Position numbers and translations under genes: made by a program. The notes beneath the pieces are model-generated. The model had not been told where the DNA came from, did no database searches, and saw nothing but the letters and a program-made list of their open reading frames with translations. This document shows, piece by piece, positions 19,101 to 28,859 of a stretch of 64,000 nt of DNA; positions within the stretch are counted from its first letter, which is position 1, and each line of letters starts with the position of its first letter. Location: IMG/VR virus record IMGVR_UViG_3300028887_000078, one strand, 5' to 3'. The stretch is from a virus. Its lineage: Duplodnaviria; Caudoviricetes.

Positions 19101-22100
19101 CGATTATCCCTGCCATCTTGCCGATGTCCTTCCAATTCATTTTCTGTATCGGTTCCACAAACTTTCCGACGCCATATCCGAACGGGATAAGCGCCGCGCC
19201 CATCACCGCAAATGCGACATCCGCCATCACGATTGCGGGGGCAAGCGGTCCGAGCAATGCGAACTCCGCCCCGAATATGCCAATCAACGCCGCCATCATT
19301 CCGACTTTTTTCCAAGAACCGACCTTGTCAATCTCGGTTGCGTATTTTCCGACGCCGAAACCGAATGAAATGAGTCCAACTCCCATTGCCGCGACCGCAG
19401 CGGAACCAAGTGCGACAAACATCGCCACGGCAGGTATACCGAGCAATGCGAACTCAACTCCGAAAATACCAATCAATGCCGCCATCATACCCACCTGTTT
19501 CCAACCGATGTCCTTTATGGCGTCCACATAGAACTTGACGCCGAACCCGAATATGCCGAGTCCGACCGCCATAGCAGCGATGACAACTGTTCCCTTCAGG
19601 ATGTCCATAGTAAATTTTCCTGCGATAACGAACTCAAGCACGAATATGCCGAGCAACACGGGCATCATAATCAGCGTCCCGGTCTTTACTCCGTCAATCG
19701 CCTTCGTGTAGAAACCGAGTCCAAAACCGAACAATCCGAGTGCAACCGCCATACCTGCGACCGCGCCTGAACCTTTCAGGATGTTCTTCGGATTGTCGCC
19801 TTTTCCCGCCTTGTTGAATATGAACAGAAGCGATGCGAGCAGCAGAGGCATTCCGATAAGTGATTTTGCACTTGCCCCCTCAACGGTCTTGAGCGGGGGT
19901 ATCAATGCGAAACCGAATATCGCGAGCGCAGCGGACATACCGACAACAGCGCCTGCACCTTTCAGTATCTTTTTCATATTGTCGTTCTCGCCGCCCTTCT
20001 TGAATATCCACATACTTCCGTACAGGAGTCCGAACACGGCGACGGTCTTTATCAGACCCATCCAGTCCATCTTCCCGTCCTTCGTCTTCCACATTGTGCC
20101 TACGATGGCGTTTGAAATCCACAATGCGGCGGAGAATATGACGAGTCCGAGCGACATAGCGGCAATCGCGCCGAAACCTGCGAACGCCTTTCTCACATTC
20201 TCCTGTGTCCCTATTCTCTTGTAAACCCAAAGGCTTCCGAGCATAAGTCCGAACACCGCCAAGTCCATAACCGCCGCTTTTACGTCGACACCGCTTTTCC
20301 AATTTCCGACGATATTCTTCATAATTTGGTGGGTAATCCACAGGGCGCCGGAAAATGCGACAAGTCCGAGTGACATAACCAATATGGACATACCCGCGCC
20401 CATAACCTTGCGCACGTTGTCTTCCTTTCCGATTCTTCTGAACAGGTAGTATGAACCGAGCATAAGTCCGAACACCGCGACGTCGCCGACTATCGCCCAC
20501 GGGTCTGCACCGCCTTTCCAATTCTGTACAATCTGTTTGGTCAGTATGTGCGTCACGAAGAGCGCAACGCTGAACGAAAGTATGGCGGCGCTCATAAGCA
20601 GCGTCGAAACAGCGCCCCTGCGCACCTTGTCGCTTGAACGTTTGTCTCCGAGTTTGCCGAAGAACTTGTACGAACCGTACATCAATGCGAACACCCCGAC
20701 CGAAGCGGCGATTGAGGCGATGTTAGTCCAATCTATCTTGTCGGTGCCGCCCGTGATGATGTATCTTGTTATCATCGTGGTGGCGAGTATCGTCAGGGTG
20801 AACGTGATTATGGAGGTGGAAATCAGGAGGATGTTGTACACCCCGCTTCTGATGTCAATGGAGTTTTTCTTGTTTCCGATGTTCTTGAACAGCATATTCG
20901 CCCCTTTCAGGACAATCGCGGTCAGTCCCATTCCCACAAGAGCGGGAACGGCGAGTATTGAGTTCAATGCCATAGCAGCGTTGAACCAAAGCATAGATTT
21001 TCCAATCAGTTCAAGGTTGAGCGCCGCGGTGACGTATTTTTTGGTAGCGGTCATTTTCGACAGCGGTTTCAATGCCCATCTCGCCTCCCTTATGACGAGG
21101 GCGGACAGAAGCATACCCACCATAGCGACGGGCGCGACTACGGCGACGAGCGCCATTCTCGCCGTGAACTTGAGAAGCGAGGTCGCTATCTTGTCGAGCG
21201 TCTGCACGGCAATCAATGTCTTTGCGATGTTCTTCGCATTTTCAAGCGGTTTTATCGCGTCGAGCGTCCCCTTGATTATCTTCTTCGCCGCTTTCGCTCC
21301 GAGTTTCGCGGGGAGTGCAAACATAGCGACACCTGCAAGCGATTCCGACAAGTCGAATATATCCCGCGATATTTTCTCCATCGACTTGACGCCAACCTCA
21401 TATTTTTTCATTTTGGCGGGCGTCATAGATTTTTCGTGCTTGTTCACCGTGTTGAAGAACGCGTCGAATATGCCGCCGATTTTCACTTGCAGCAACAGGG
21501 ACTTCGCAAGGGATATTTTGTCCATCTTGACGGCGGCGTCCGCCATCGCGCTCACTATCTCGCCGACGTTCTTTCCGCCTTTGACTTCAGGTATCTTGAC
21601 TTTCTTCGCCGCTTTCTCCTCTTTCGACTCGAAGAGTTTGCGCATAAGCGACCCTCCGCTTTCCTTGCCTTTGATTCCTTTCTTCGCGAGTTTTTTCGTG
21701 TTGGAAGCAATCTTTATCAGTTCGAGGTTTGATAGTTTTAGGGCGGAGCGTATTGAAGCGGTGACCTTTGTGAGATTGATGATGCTTGCACCGACATTCG
21801 AGAGTCCCGCACCTACGGAACCTCCAAGACCGACTGTCGAGGCGGTGGATTGGGACATACTGTCCTTTATCGTGTCCGACATCTTGTCAATCGACTTGTT
21901 GAGGTCTTTTACCGAATTGACCGTGGCGTCCTTCACCTCCGTGGTGGCGTTGCTGATTATGCTCGCGGCGTCGGACAACGACGAAGCGCAACCGATAATC
22001 GCGTTGTTTATTGAAACGAGATTTCCGTTGATTGCATTGCCTTGCGATTCCATACAGGTCTGTATGGACTGCATCGGTGTGAACAAATCTCCTATTGTCG

Positions 22101-22113
22101 CTGGTTTTCCCAA
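16192..22113 (-). CDS. Tape measure protein
   Basis: 1973 aa, Ala/Gly-rich helical repeats with a long hydrophobic central section; TTG start behind a late promoter; divergent from the portal. Confidence 0.75.
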   Translation of the reverse strand: MGKPATIGDLFTPMQSIQTCMESQGNAINGNLVSINNAIIGCASSLSDAASIISNATTEVKDATVNSVKDLNKSIDKMSDTIKDSMSQSTASTVGLGGSVGAGLSNVGASIINLTKVTASIRSALKLSNLELIKIASNTKKLAKKGIKGKESGGSLMRKLFESKEEKAAKKVKIPEVKGGKNVGEIVSAMADAAVKMDKISLAKSLLLQVKIGGIFDAFFNTVNKHEKSMTPAKMKKYEVGVKSMEKISRDIFDLSESLAGVAMFALPAKLGAKAAKKIIKGTLDAIKPLENAKNIAKTLIAVQTLDKIATSLLKFTARMALVAVVAPVAMVGMLLSALVIREARWALKPLSKMTATKKYVTAALNLELIGKSMLWFNAAMALNSILAVPALVGMGLTAIVLKGANMLFKNIGNKKNSIDIRSGVYNILLISTSIITFTLTILATTMITRYIITGGTDKIDWTNIASIAASVGVFALMYGSYKFFGKLGDKRSSDKVRRGAVSTLLMSAAILSFSVALFVTHILTKQIVQNWKGGADPWAIVGDVAVFGLMLGSYYLFRRIGKEDNVRKVMGAGMSILVMSLGLVAFSGALWITHQIMKNIVGNWKSGVDVKAAVMDLAVFGLMLGSLWVYKRIGTQENVRKAFAGFGAIAAMSLGLVIFSAALWISNAIVGTMWKTKDGKMDWMGLIKTVAVFGLLYGSMWIFKKGGENDNMKKILKGAGAVVGMSAALAIFGFALIPPLKTVEGASAKSLIGMPLLLASLLFIFNKAGKGDNPKNILKGSGAVAGMAVALGLFGFGLGFYTKAIDGVKTGTLIMMPVLLGIFVLEFVIAGKFTMDILKGTVVIAAMAVGLGIFGFGVKFYVDAIKDIGWKQVGMMAALIGIFGVEFALLGIPAVAMFVALGSAAVAAMGVGLISFGFGVGKYATEIDKVGSWKKVGMMAALIGIFGAEFALLGPLAPAIVMADVAFAVMGAALIPFGYGVGKFVEPIQKMNWKDIGKMAGIIGIFGLEFSLLAPLAIPIGIGAVAIFTIAGALKRLGLALQEWSKANIDKNQLDLICISIDRLKLAFMGKPKGDDSGGGVKGFFKKIGSAISGAITGAFELAPITTSATAIAIISGALSSLGRALQNWNGVNIDEKKLDILCLSIDRIKLAFQGTPKGDETETKGFLKRFAGKMTSSMFAPFNLAQMQVTASAMTTAGITIKRLAKGMQEWTNSDIDITKITEISTVLIAVRDIFSILGGNNKGKEDVEKGWFGRTMAAYTPSDAAKGAVEARKMGTALKEIAKGLTEFYDTYGTKFKSTTYMKEFTDAVVETVTSVSSAFKMIGDAWLGKEIEKLETESGRKYSDLFKFFVGGKNAVQEGIKSVKGIGNALKDIASGMKEFKDLVNSKDNTWITDVANGVATLLTGIQEPLIKFGTVDESIDVKLGQAKTRASKIGAGMVAVHEASEQTVNYNTHKTDVARALESVGNIGKMMEGMAAIVKALSDKKIIENIGEPGKINKDWGVDGGSGMVRNMQMLTCGAISVFWQLGESLKNGGVLYDIETKSESKAEVKLWGAGVSTSSSTKKTPSKTYFGMAVDAATGIGDIISGIAEGFEALGKIAKPDKIIDVTAKLVQSIALSLTAFAQIGASVTSDGTQKSFDLIPAELGYPEATAKFGKVGQLRRLLYWPNSDEPQWDKVMEGVKKAAKGVSESVKSLAAEQSSLNYIAKNPTNVFEPVVNIMTMATTFVERENDTKYTFYSKSKPIEYTLKSFKTSDLDKSKGIADKYASVLTKVKNMSDTAANIKSANGRNFTDFTNQLVTGMNKLAGAGNNIDKSQKFVDSLRNAVKEKVFDNISSNTQKIANAINSINNDIMKPYADMIAGFGELVSADNAKTTKALEDIKKTIEEIVETINSNGNGGGSGGTGGNGSGKTGGNGSGKTGLFGKQNTPTPTPQPQRPQTVKAELDANAFQKAVNEFAEAIRNLKLKS

Positions 22114-22153
22114 AACTCAAAAAACGGACGTGCCGTGAGAATATTCTTCCTAT

Positions 22154-22210
22154 TATTTATAACTTGATATATCAATGATATATTATGAAAAACAGACTTC
22201 GTATAAATAA
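22154..22210. promoter_or_regulatory. Divergent T4-type late promoters (TATAAATA) with a GATATATC box between them
   Basis: TATTTATA 22154-22161, GATATATCAATGATATATT 22166-22184, TATAAATA 22203-22210; TATAAATA recurs before most structural genes. Confidence 0.8.
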
Positions 22211-22243
22211 TGAACTAAACCAATTTTCAAATCTGTTACACAA

Positions 22244-23935
22244 ATGGCAGGATTCCTAACAACAAGAAAAGACCCAAGAACATTCAGTCAGACGAACAGT
22301 GTGTCGAAACTTCTGCGTAAGATTTCCAATCTCGGTATGGATTTCGACGGCAAGATATTCAAGAACTCGCAGGCAATCGGTCTGTATGACCCAGACCCGA
22401 ACGCCCCGCAGACAAACGAATTTCAGTTCGGGGACAGCGTGTATGACATATTCAACGGTTTCAGTCTGACCGACCCGTCTATGCACAAGAACGTATCCCT
22501 GTACGACAGGCGGTACGACGACGCGAAAAGAAACGAACTTCGCAGACTTGCTATGCAGGACGAAATCGAAGACATACTCGACATCATCACAGACGAGTGT
22601 ATCTGCTACAACGAGAACGGTATGTTCTGCGAACTCCTGTATAACAGGACACTGCTTGCGGACGACCTCCACGAGGAAATAGACGAAATCTTCAACAACA
22701 TATATTCCTGCTTCGGATTTTGGGACCAGAATATGGCGTGGGGATATTTCCGCAAATTTTTGATTGAAGGGTTCCTTGCGTTTGAAATAATCTATGACGG
22801 CGACCAACAGAAACGTGAAACACAGAAACACATTATATCCTTCAAGGAACTTGACGTCCTGTCCCTCGTTCCCGCCGTCGACCACAAGAGTGGCGAAAAG
22901 ATTTGGATTCAATATCCAAACGACCCGTCAAGGCAGAGGGTGCTTTACGACTCGCAGATTATCTATATCTCATACGGGCAGTTCGACTCCGCTTCGAGGG
23001 TGTCCTATGTGGAGCGTCTTTCAAGGAGTTTCAACCTTTTGAGGATTATGGAGAGCACGAGGATTATGTGGGCGGTCACCAACTCAAGTTTCAAGACGAT
23101 GTTCACAATCCCTGTGGAAAACAATTCCAACAGGGGAAAGCAGACGCTCGCGGAGACGATGCACTCATACAGGGAAATCATAGACTTCAACAACGAAAGC
23201 GGCGAACTGATGGTGAACGGTCGTCCGATGATGCCGTTCAACAAAGAGTATTGGTTTCCGAGCGTGAACGGTGAAAGTCCGCAGATGCAGACTTTGGGCG
23301 GAGACGGGCCAGATTTGTCGGACACGGAGGCGATGAACTACTTCAAGCAGAAACTGTGGCAGGCGTCAAAAGTCCCGTTCACCCGTTTCGACAATATGCA
23401 GGGACGAGGAAGTTATGCCCTCAACACGGAGTCTATGATGCGTGAGGAGGTGAAGTTCGCGCACTTCGTAGACCGCCTGCGTGCAATCTACAAGGAACTC
23501 ATTGTGAAACCTGTGTATATCCAATTATGTCTCAACCACAAGGAGTTTGCAACCGACATAAAATTCAGGAACTCGCTTACGCTCGACTATGTGTCCGACA
23601 ACGTGTTCACTGAAATGCGTGAAATCGAGGTCATTCAGAAAAAGTCGGACTTCATAGGTTCCCTTATGCAGACGTTTGTGACGCAGGACTCGGAGGGCAA
23701 CGACGTCCCGTATTTCGATATGGACTTCCTTGTGCAGAGGTTCAGCGGTCTTTCACAGGAGGACATCGAGATGAACGCCCGCGTGAAAAAGAAAAAGGAA
23801 CTTGAAAAGGAAGGGTATAAACCCGATGACATAGAAAAAATACTTGACGGTGAACCGAAGTCCCACTTCAAGGCGGAAAAGAAAAAGGAGGAAAAGAAGG
23901 AGAAAGAGGATGAAGGCGGTGGTCTCGCATTGTAA
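22244..23935 (+). CDS. Portal protein (T4 gp20-like)
   Basis: R.LA...EIEDI.D.I.DE, FRKFLIEG.L.F, SYVERL.R.FN.LR.ME, EYWFP, YF..KL..AS.VP..R, REEVKF..FV.RLR. Confidence 0.92.
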   Translation: MAGFLTTRKDPRTFSQTNSVSKLLRKISNLGMDFDGKIFKNSQAIGLYDPDPNAPQTNEFQFGDSVYDIFNGFSLTDPSMHKNVSLYDRRYDDAKRNELRRLAMQDEIEDILDIITDECICYNENGMFCELLYNRTLLADDLHEEIDEIFNNIYSCFGFWDQNMAWGYFRKFLIEGFLAFEIIYDGDQQKRETQKHIISFKELDVLSLVPAVDHKSGEKIWIQYPNDPSRQRVLYDSQIIYISYGQFDSASRVSYVERLSRSFNLLRIMESTRIMWAVTNSSFKTMFTIPVENNSNRGKQTLAETMHSYREIIDFNNESGELMVNGRPMMPFNKEYWFPSVNGESPQMQTLGGDGPDLSDTEAMNYFKQKLWQASKVPFTRFDNMQGRGSYALNTESMMREEVKFAHFVDRLRAIYKELIVKPVYIQLCLNHKEFATDIKFRNSLTLDYVSDNVFTEMREIEVIQKKSDFIGSLMQTFVTQDSEGNDVPYFDMDFLVQRFSGLSQEDIEMNARVKKKKELEKEGYKPDDIEKILDGEPKSHFKAEKKKEEKKEKEDEGGGLAL

Positions 23936-24008
23936 ACTTGAAATTTTTTCAAAAGAAAATTAAAAAAACAGGATTTTTTTGTTATTTTCAAAAAAAAAGA
24001 GACCGAGT

Positions 24009-24476
24009 ATGCTAAAATACGACAACTATCAGATTGTGTTCAGGGAATTTCCCGACGAGGTCACTCTCGCAATAAATCTAACTATGTGTCCGAACCGTTG
24101 CAGGGATTGCCACAGTCCGCAACTTCGGGAAGACTATGGCACTGTCCTCACACGGGATGAAATAGACAGACTTGTCGCCGAAAACAAAGGCATAACCTGC
24201 ATAGGGTTTATGGGGGGCGACAACGATGTCGACAGTGTTCTCAACCTTTCGGTTTACATACACGGAGAGCACGGACTCGCTACAGGGTGGTATTCAGGAA
24301 AGGACGCAATTCCTGACAGTGTTCTCTACTGCAACACACTTGACTATGTGAAAATCGGTCACTATGACCCCGACTTCGGAAGCATAGACAAAAGAAGTAC
24401 AAATCAAAGAATGTATCATATAATCGGCGGCGTATATGAGGATGTGACACACAGGTTTTGGAAAGATGTGAAATAG
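24009..24476 (+). CDS. nrdG: Anaerobic ribonucleotide reductase activating protein
   Basis: Radical SAM CxxxCxxC (CPNRCRDCHS), GGD, STNQR; adjacent to nrdD. Confidence 0.9.
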   Translation: MLKYDNYQIVFREFPDEVTLAINLTMCPNRCRDCHSPQLREDYGTVLTRDEIDRLVAENKGITCIGFMGGDNDVDSVLNLSVYIHGEHGLATGWYSGKDAIPDSVLYCNTLDYVKIGHYDPDFGSIDKRSTNQRMYHIIGGVYEDVTHRFWKDVK

Positions 24477-24513
24477 CATCCAGCCGTCAAACCACTATAA
24501 TAAACGACATACT

Positions 24514-27500
24514 ATGAAAGTAATCAAACGAGACGGAAGCATTGAGAAATTCTCAAAAATGAAAATCAGGAAGTCCCTGATGAAAACATTCAAGGCGTCG
24601 AAGGTGAAATTCTGTCAGGAATGCTACGACGACATCATAAAGAACCTCATCGAGGCGTACAGTGTGATTGAGAGTGAAATCCTTGACATAAACCAAATTC
24701 AGGACATCATCGAAAGCACGCTCGTGAACTGCGACCTTCCTGATGTGGCGAAGTCCTACATTCTATACAGGCACGAACGCGACAGAATCAGGGAGTTTGC
24801 CAAACAGAAACAGAATTACATCGAGAGTTACAAGAAGGCGTACAACACCGCCGACAATACCATCGACGACAACAGCAATGTGGCAAACAAGAACATCGGC
24901 GTCCTCAACGCAGAAATCCACAAGAAGGACAACATCCAAATCAACAGGATGACCGTCACGAGCAAATTGCACGAACTCTACCCTGATTTCGACGCAAAAC
25001 AGTACTGTCGCGACCTTGAAGACCACATCATCTATAAGAACGACGAGAGTTCGTTCGCCTGTATCAGTCCGTACTGCGTGGCAATCACGATGTACCCGTT
25101 CCTCCTCAATGGAATGAAGGATTTGGGCGGTCTGTCGGCAAAACCGAAAAACCTCGACAGTTACTGCGGTATGCTCGTGAACCTTGTGTTCGCCCTCTCA
25201 TCGCAGTTCGCGGGTGCCGTCGCCCTTCCTGAAGCATTGCTGTGCTTCGACTATTTTGCACGCAAGGAATGGGGAGACTCCTATACAGACCATATAGACG
25301 AACCCTGCAAAAGCGACTTTTGTGCGACAAAGAGAACTGTCAAGGAACAGATTCACCAATACTTCCAACAGATTATCTATTCAATCAACCAACCTGCAAG
25401 CGCAAGGGGTATGCAGTCCGCATTCGTCAATTTCTCATATTTCGACGAACCTTTCTTCCACGGGATGTTTGACGACTTCGTTTTTCCTGACGGCACAAGA
25501 CCTATTTGGAAAACCCTGAATTGGTTGCAGAAGGAGTTTATGACGTGGTTCAACGCCGAGCGCCTGAAATGCGTCCTCACGTTCCCTGTGGAGAGTTTCG
25601 CGCTCATCTACAAGGACGGTGAGTTTGTGGACAAGGAAAACTATCAGTTCGTGTGTGACGAATATGCGCGCGGACACAGTTTCTTCACCTACATCAGCGA
25701 CACGGTGGATTCATTGAGTTCGTGTTGTTTTGACAAAGACCAAAAGGTTCTTTGGAAAAGTTCAACAAGCGGTGTTCATCTTACAACATTGGAAGAACTC
25801 CATAACACAAAATGGGAACCTGAAAAGAAGAACCTTACAATCTACCATAATGGCAGTTGGGTGAAAGGCAAGAGTGTTATGCTGCCGAACAGAAAAATGT
25901 ACAAGGTTGTCACGGAGAATAACAAGGGGTTCATTATGACGGACAACCATATCAACGTGACGCTTGACGGTGAAAAACAAACTTCCGAACTTACTACCGA
26001 TGACTATCTGATGTTCAATACGATGGTTCTTAACCCTGTCGCGGAAAATGATGAACACCTCACCTATGAACAAGGTTTTGCCGTTGGCGCATTTTTGGGT
26101 GACGGGTCATTTGGTTCTGTGAACAAAGGTGTCATTTATGACATAAATTTCTCATTAAATTCCGAAAAATACCAAAGGACTGTTGAAATGGTCAATGCTG
26201 CAAACAGACAGGTCGGAGGTAGCAGCAATGCCGTTTTGAATGAAGTTTATAACAATGTGTATCCTGTCCGTTTGTCCTCAAAAAACCTCGCCGCATTCAT
26301 AATGAGGTGGACAAATTGGGAACGCGGGACATATTCCTATAACAAGGAACTTAATATGAACTGTCTGCTCCAATCCGTTGAGTTCAGAAAAGGTATTCTT
26401 GACGGATGGCACCATACTGACGGAAGCAACAGCAACAGGTGCTACACCACAAGCAAAAAACTTGTTGAGTGTATGGAAGCATTGGTTATGTCGCTTGGTA
26501 TGCAATCAAGGATTGATGTCTCCGACAGAATTGATGAAACTGCTATCATAAGGGGTAATGAGTTCAACCATAATTATCCGTTGTATTGTTTGAGATGGTA
26601 TGAACCGACAAACAGCAGGGCAAACCGTGACGTCAATCATACTTGGGTCAAGAAACTCAATTCAATCTACTTCAAGATAAAATCAATAGAGGAAGTTGCC
26701 TATGACGGTAATGTGTATTGTATTGAGTGCAAGAATGAACAAGAACCTTTCTTCACTTTGCCGAACGGTCTCATCACCCACAACTGCCGTTTGAGAAACA
26801 ACCTGACCACCCACGAGTTCAACTTCACCAACGGAAACCTTTCCGTGCAGACGGGTTCCAAGTCCGTCATCTCGCTCAACCTTTCAAGAATTGTGCAGAA
26901 CGCTGTGAAAGATTTTGACAATCCGCAGGACAGACTTGAGAAGGACGCCATCTACGAGGCAATCAAAAAATACCTCATCGAGGTGCTCGACCGCGTTTAC
27001 AAATACCACAACGCATACAACCAACTCCTTTGGGATATGTACGAGGCAAGACTTATGCCCGCCTATGACGCAGGGTTCATCAACCTCGACAAACAATATC
27101 TCACCATCGGTCTGAACGGACTCAACCAAGCGGCGGAGTTCCTCGGTCTGAAATGCACGAAGAACAAGGAGTATGGAGAGTTCTGCCATTACATTTTCGG
27201 AACCGTCAAGGAACAGAACGCACTCCACAAGACACCGCACACGATGTTCAACACAGAGCAGGTGCCCGCCGAGTCCCTCGCAGTCAAGAACTATAATTGG
27301 GACAAGGAGGACGGATATTGGGTTCCTGACGATACCAACCTGTACGCTTCCTACATTTTCAAACCGAATGACAAGAACATTTCCGTGCTTGACAAAATCG
27401 CAATGCACGGTCGGGACTATATCGGGGACTATCTTGACGGTGGCGCCGCTGCACATATCAACCTTGAGGAACACCTTACCTCAAAGCAGTATGACAGGTT

Positions 27501-27747
27501 GTTGAGGCACGCTGCGGAGAACGGTTGTCAATATCTCACCTTCAACATTCCAATCAGTCAGTGTGACGACTGCGGTCATATTGTGAACGCTCCTGTCGAC
27601 AAATGCCCGAAATGCGGTTCGGAGAAAATCACGACGATAACAAGAATCATCGGGTATCTTACCGCAGTGAAGAATTGGTCTGACGGACGCCGAAAGGAGT
27701 TCAAGACAAGGGTGTTCAACACGTCGATTGACAAAGGCGAGGAATAG
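24514..27747 (+). CDS. nrdD: Class III anaerobic ribonucleotide reductase (intein-containing)
   Basis: ATP cone MKVIKRDG, SSC/CRL active site split by the intein, zinc ribbon, RIIGYL glycyl-radical loop. Confidence 0.97.
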   Translation: MKVIKRDGSIEKFSKMKIRKSLMKTFKASKVKFCQECYDDIIKNLIEAYSVIESEILDINQIQDIIESTLVNCDLPDVAKSYILYRHERDRIREFAKQKQNYIESYKKAYNTADNTIDDNSNVANKNIGVLNAEIHKKDNIQINRMTVTSKLHELYPDFDAKQYCRDLEDHIIYKNDESSFACISPYCVAITMYPFLLNGMKDLGGLSAKPKNLDSYCGMLVNLVFALSSQFAGAVALPEALLCFDYFARKEWGDSYTDHIDEPCKSDFCATKRTVKEQIHQYFQQIIYSINQPASARGMQSAFVNFSYFDEPFFHGMFDDFVFPDGTRPIWKTLNWLQKEFMTWFNAERLKCVLTFPVESFALIYKDGEFVDKENYQFVCDEYARGHSFFTYISDTVDSLSSCCFDKDQKVLWKSSTSGVHLTTLEELHNTKWEPEKKNLTIYHNGSWVKGKSVMLPNRKMYKVVTENNKGFIMTDNHINVTLDGEKQTSELTTDDYLMFNTMVLNPVAENDEHLTYEQGFAVGAFLGDGSFGSVNKGVIYDINFSLNSEKYQRTVEMVNAANRQVGGSSNAVLNEVYNNVYPVRLSSKNLAAFIMRWTNWERGTYSYNKELNMNCLLQSVEFRKGILDGWHHTDGSNSNRCYTTSKKLVECMEALVMSLGMQSRIDVSDRIDETAIIRGNEFNHNYPLYCLRWYEPTNSRANRDVNHTWVKKLNSIYFKIKSIEEVAYDGNVYCIECKNEQEPFFTLPNGLITHNCRLRNNLTTHEFNFTNGNLSVQTGSKSVISLNLSRIVQNAVKDFDNPQDRLEKDAIYEAIKKYLIEVLDRVYKYHNAYNQLLWDMYEARLMPAYDAGFINLDKQYLTIGLNGLNQAAEFLGLKCTKNKEYGEFCHYIFGTVKEQNALHKTPHTMFNTEQVPAESLAVKNYNWDKEDGYWVPDDTNLYASYIFKPNDKNISVLDKIAMHGRDYIGDYLDGGAAAHINLEEHLTSKQYDRLLRHAAENGCQYLTFNIPISQCDDCGHIVNAPVDKCPKCGSEKITTITRIIGYLTAVKNWSDGRRKEFKTRVFNTSIDKGEE
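25726..26784 (+). mobile_element. Intein (353 aa) with LAGLIDADG homing endonuclease
   Basis: Begins CFDKD, ends ITHN before Cys; block B MTDNH; VGAFLGDGS and LDGWHHTDGS; removal restores SLSSCCRL. Confidence 0.95.
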
Positions 27748-27749
27748 TC

Positions 27750-27828
27750 TATCGGTAAGACAACCGATAAACGGCATTTATAGGTCAATCAACCGATAGT
27801 GTCAATCGACAGGTTGCTTGACCTATAA
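27750..27828. repeat. Intergenic palindromic element
   Basis: TATCGGT/ACCGATA hairpin, then TTATAGGTCAA...TTGACCTATAA; related to 29848-29908. Confidence 0.6.
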
Positions 27829-27868
27829 TCATTATACGAATTATAAATATAGGAAATATTGGGTTTGT

Positions 27869-28399
27869 ATGAAAAGTTTTACACAGATTATGAAGAACAC
27901 GGCGGTGAACGAGGCTGTTTCTGACAGGATTGACACACAAACGGTACTCGTCGTGCTTTACAAGAGATATGCGGAGGAGGTTCTCCAATGGTACACCTAC
28001 CATATAGTTTCAAACTTTATGGTCGGAAAGGAACGTCCCAACATAGAAAAAACATTCGCTGAAATGGCGGATGACGAACTGAACGACCACGCGGAGAAAA
28101 TTCTCAAGCGAATTGCCGAACTCGGCGGGGACGTTGAATATCTGAAAGACATCAGCACCTTGAAGAATTTGAGCGACTGTGACTATTCGCTTCCGAGCAA
28201 ACCATACGACACCCTCCAACTTGTCGTGAAGAACATCGAGCACGAGAAGTGTGCAATCAACGGTTATCAGGAACTCTGCGACCTCACAAGGGACAAGGAT
28301 ATGACCACTTATGATATGGCGGTTGAAATCCTGAAGGACGAGGAAGAACATTTGCAGACGCTCAACGATTTTCTTGCGGACATCCAATTTCAAAAGTAA
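27869..28399 (+). CDS. Ferritin-like protein (DPS-like/bacterioferritin-related)
   Basis: AEE...WY.Y, DELNDHA..I..RI.ELGG, E.CAI..Y, D..T......IL.DEEEH; start at MKSFTQ behind TATAAATA. Confidence 0.88.
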   Translation: MKSFTQIMKNTAVNEAVSDRIDTQTVLVVLYKRYAEEVLQWYTYHIVSNFMVGKERPNIEKTFAEMADDELNDHAEKILKRIAELGGDVEYLKDISTLKNLSDCDYSLPSKPYDTLQLVVKNIEHEKCAINGYQELCDLTRDKDMTTYDMAVEILKDEEEHLQTLNDFLADIQFQK

Positions 28400-28415
28400 T
28401 CAAAAACGGAAATAG

Positions 28416-28835
28416 ATGGAGCATACCTATGACTATGTGACAGGAGGCATAAAATCCCTGTTCTATGTGAGAATGCCAAGTGATATGGAATTTTCCGATT
28501 TAATAGGGGATTCTGTGATTTCCATTGATTTCATACGTTTCGGTGAAATCATTATGCGGTGCAAGAACCCCTATATAGCAAACGGAAACCCGTTAGGTGA
28601 CAAAGGTGTTCGGAAACATATTTATGAAATGGTGTGGAAGTCCTTTGACGCAAATGCCGTATGCGGTTCGTACAAGCAACCGTTTGTTGTTGTGTCGCTG
28701 AAAAGAAATGGCGACACCGACAGCGTGCAGACGTTTGAACTCCCTGTGTTCAAACGAATTTTCGACGTTTATGACAAGGAAAGCGACGCCGTGTACCTTA
28801 TTACCTATGCCTCAAGGGAAGTGAAGTTTAATTAA
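28416..28835 (+). CDS. Hypothetical protein
   Basis: 139-aa co-oriented ORF. Confidence 0.65.
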   Translation: MEHTYDYVTGGIKSLFYVRMPSDMEFSDLIGDSVISIDFIRFGEIIMRCKNPYIANGNPLGDKGVRKHIYEMVWKSFDANAVCGSYKQPFVVVSLKRNGDTDSVQTFELPVFKRIFDVYDKESDAVYLITYASREVKFN

Positions 28836-28859
28836 AAGGATTATGAAACATACACTCCG

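Noticed and set aside
16184-22138. Long plus-strand ORFs opposite the tape measure gene (e.g. 18326-19531, 20537-22138), and similar antisense ORFs elsewhere
   Set aside because: Shadow frames produced by codon bias; no motifs, promoters or leaders.
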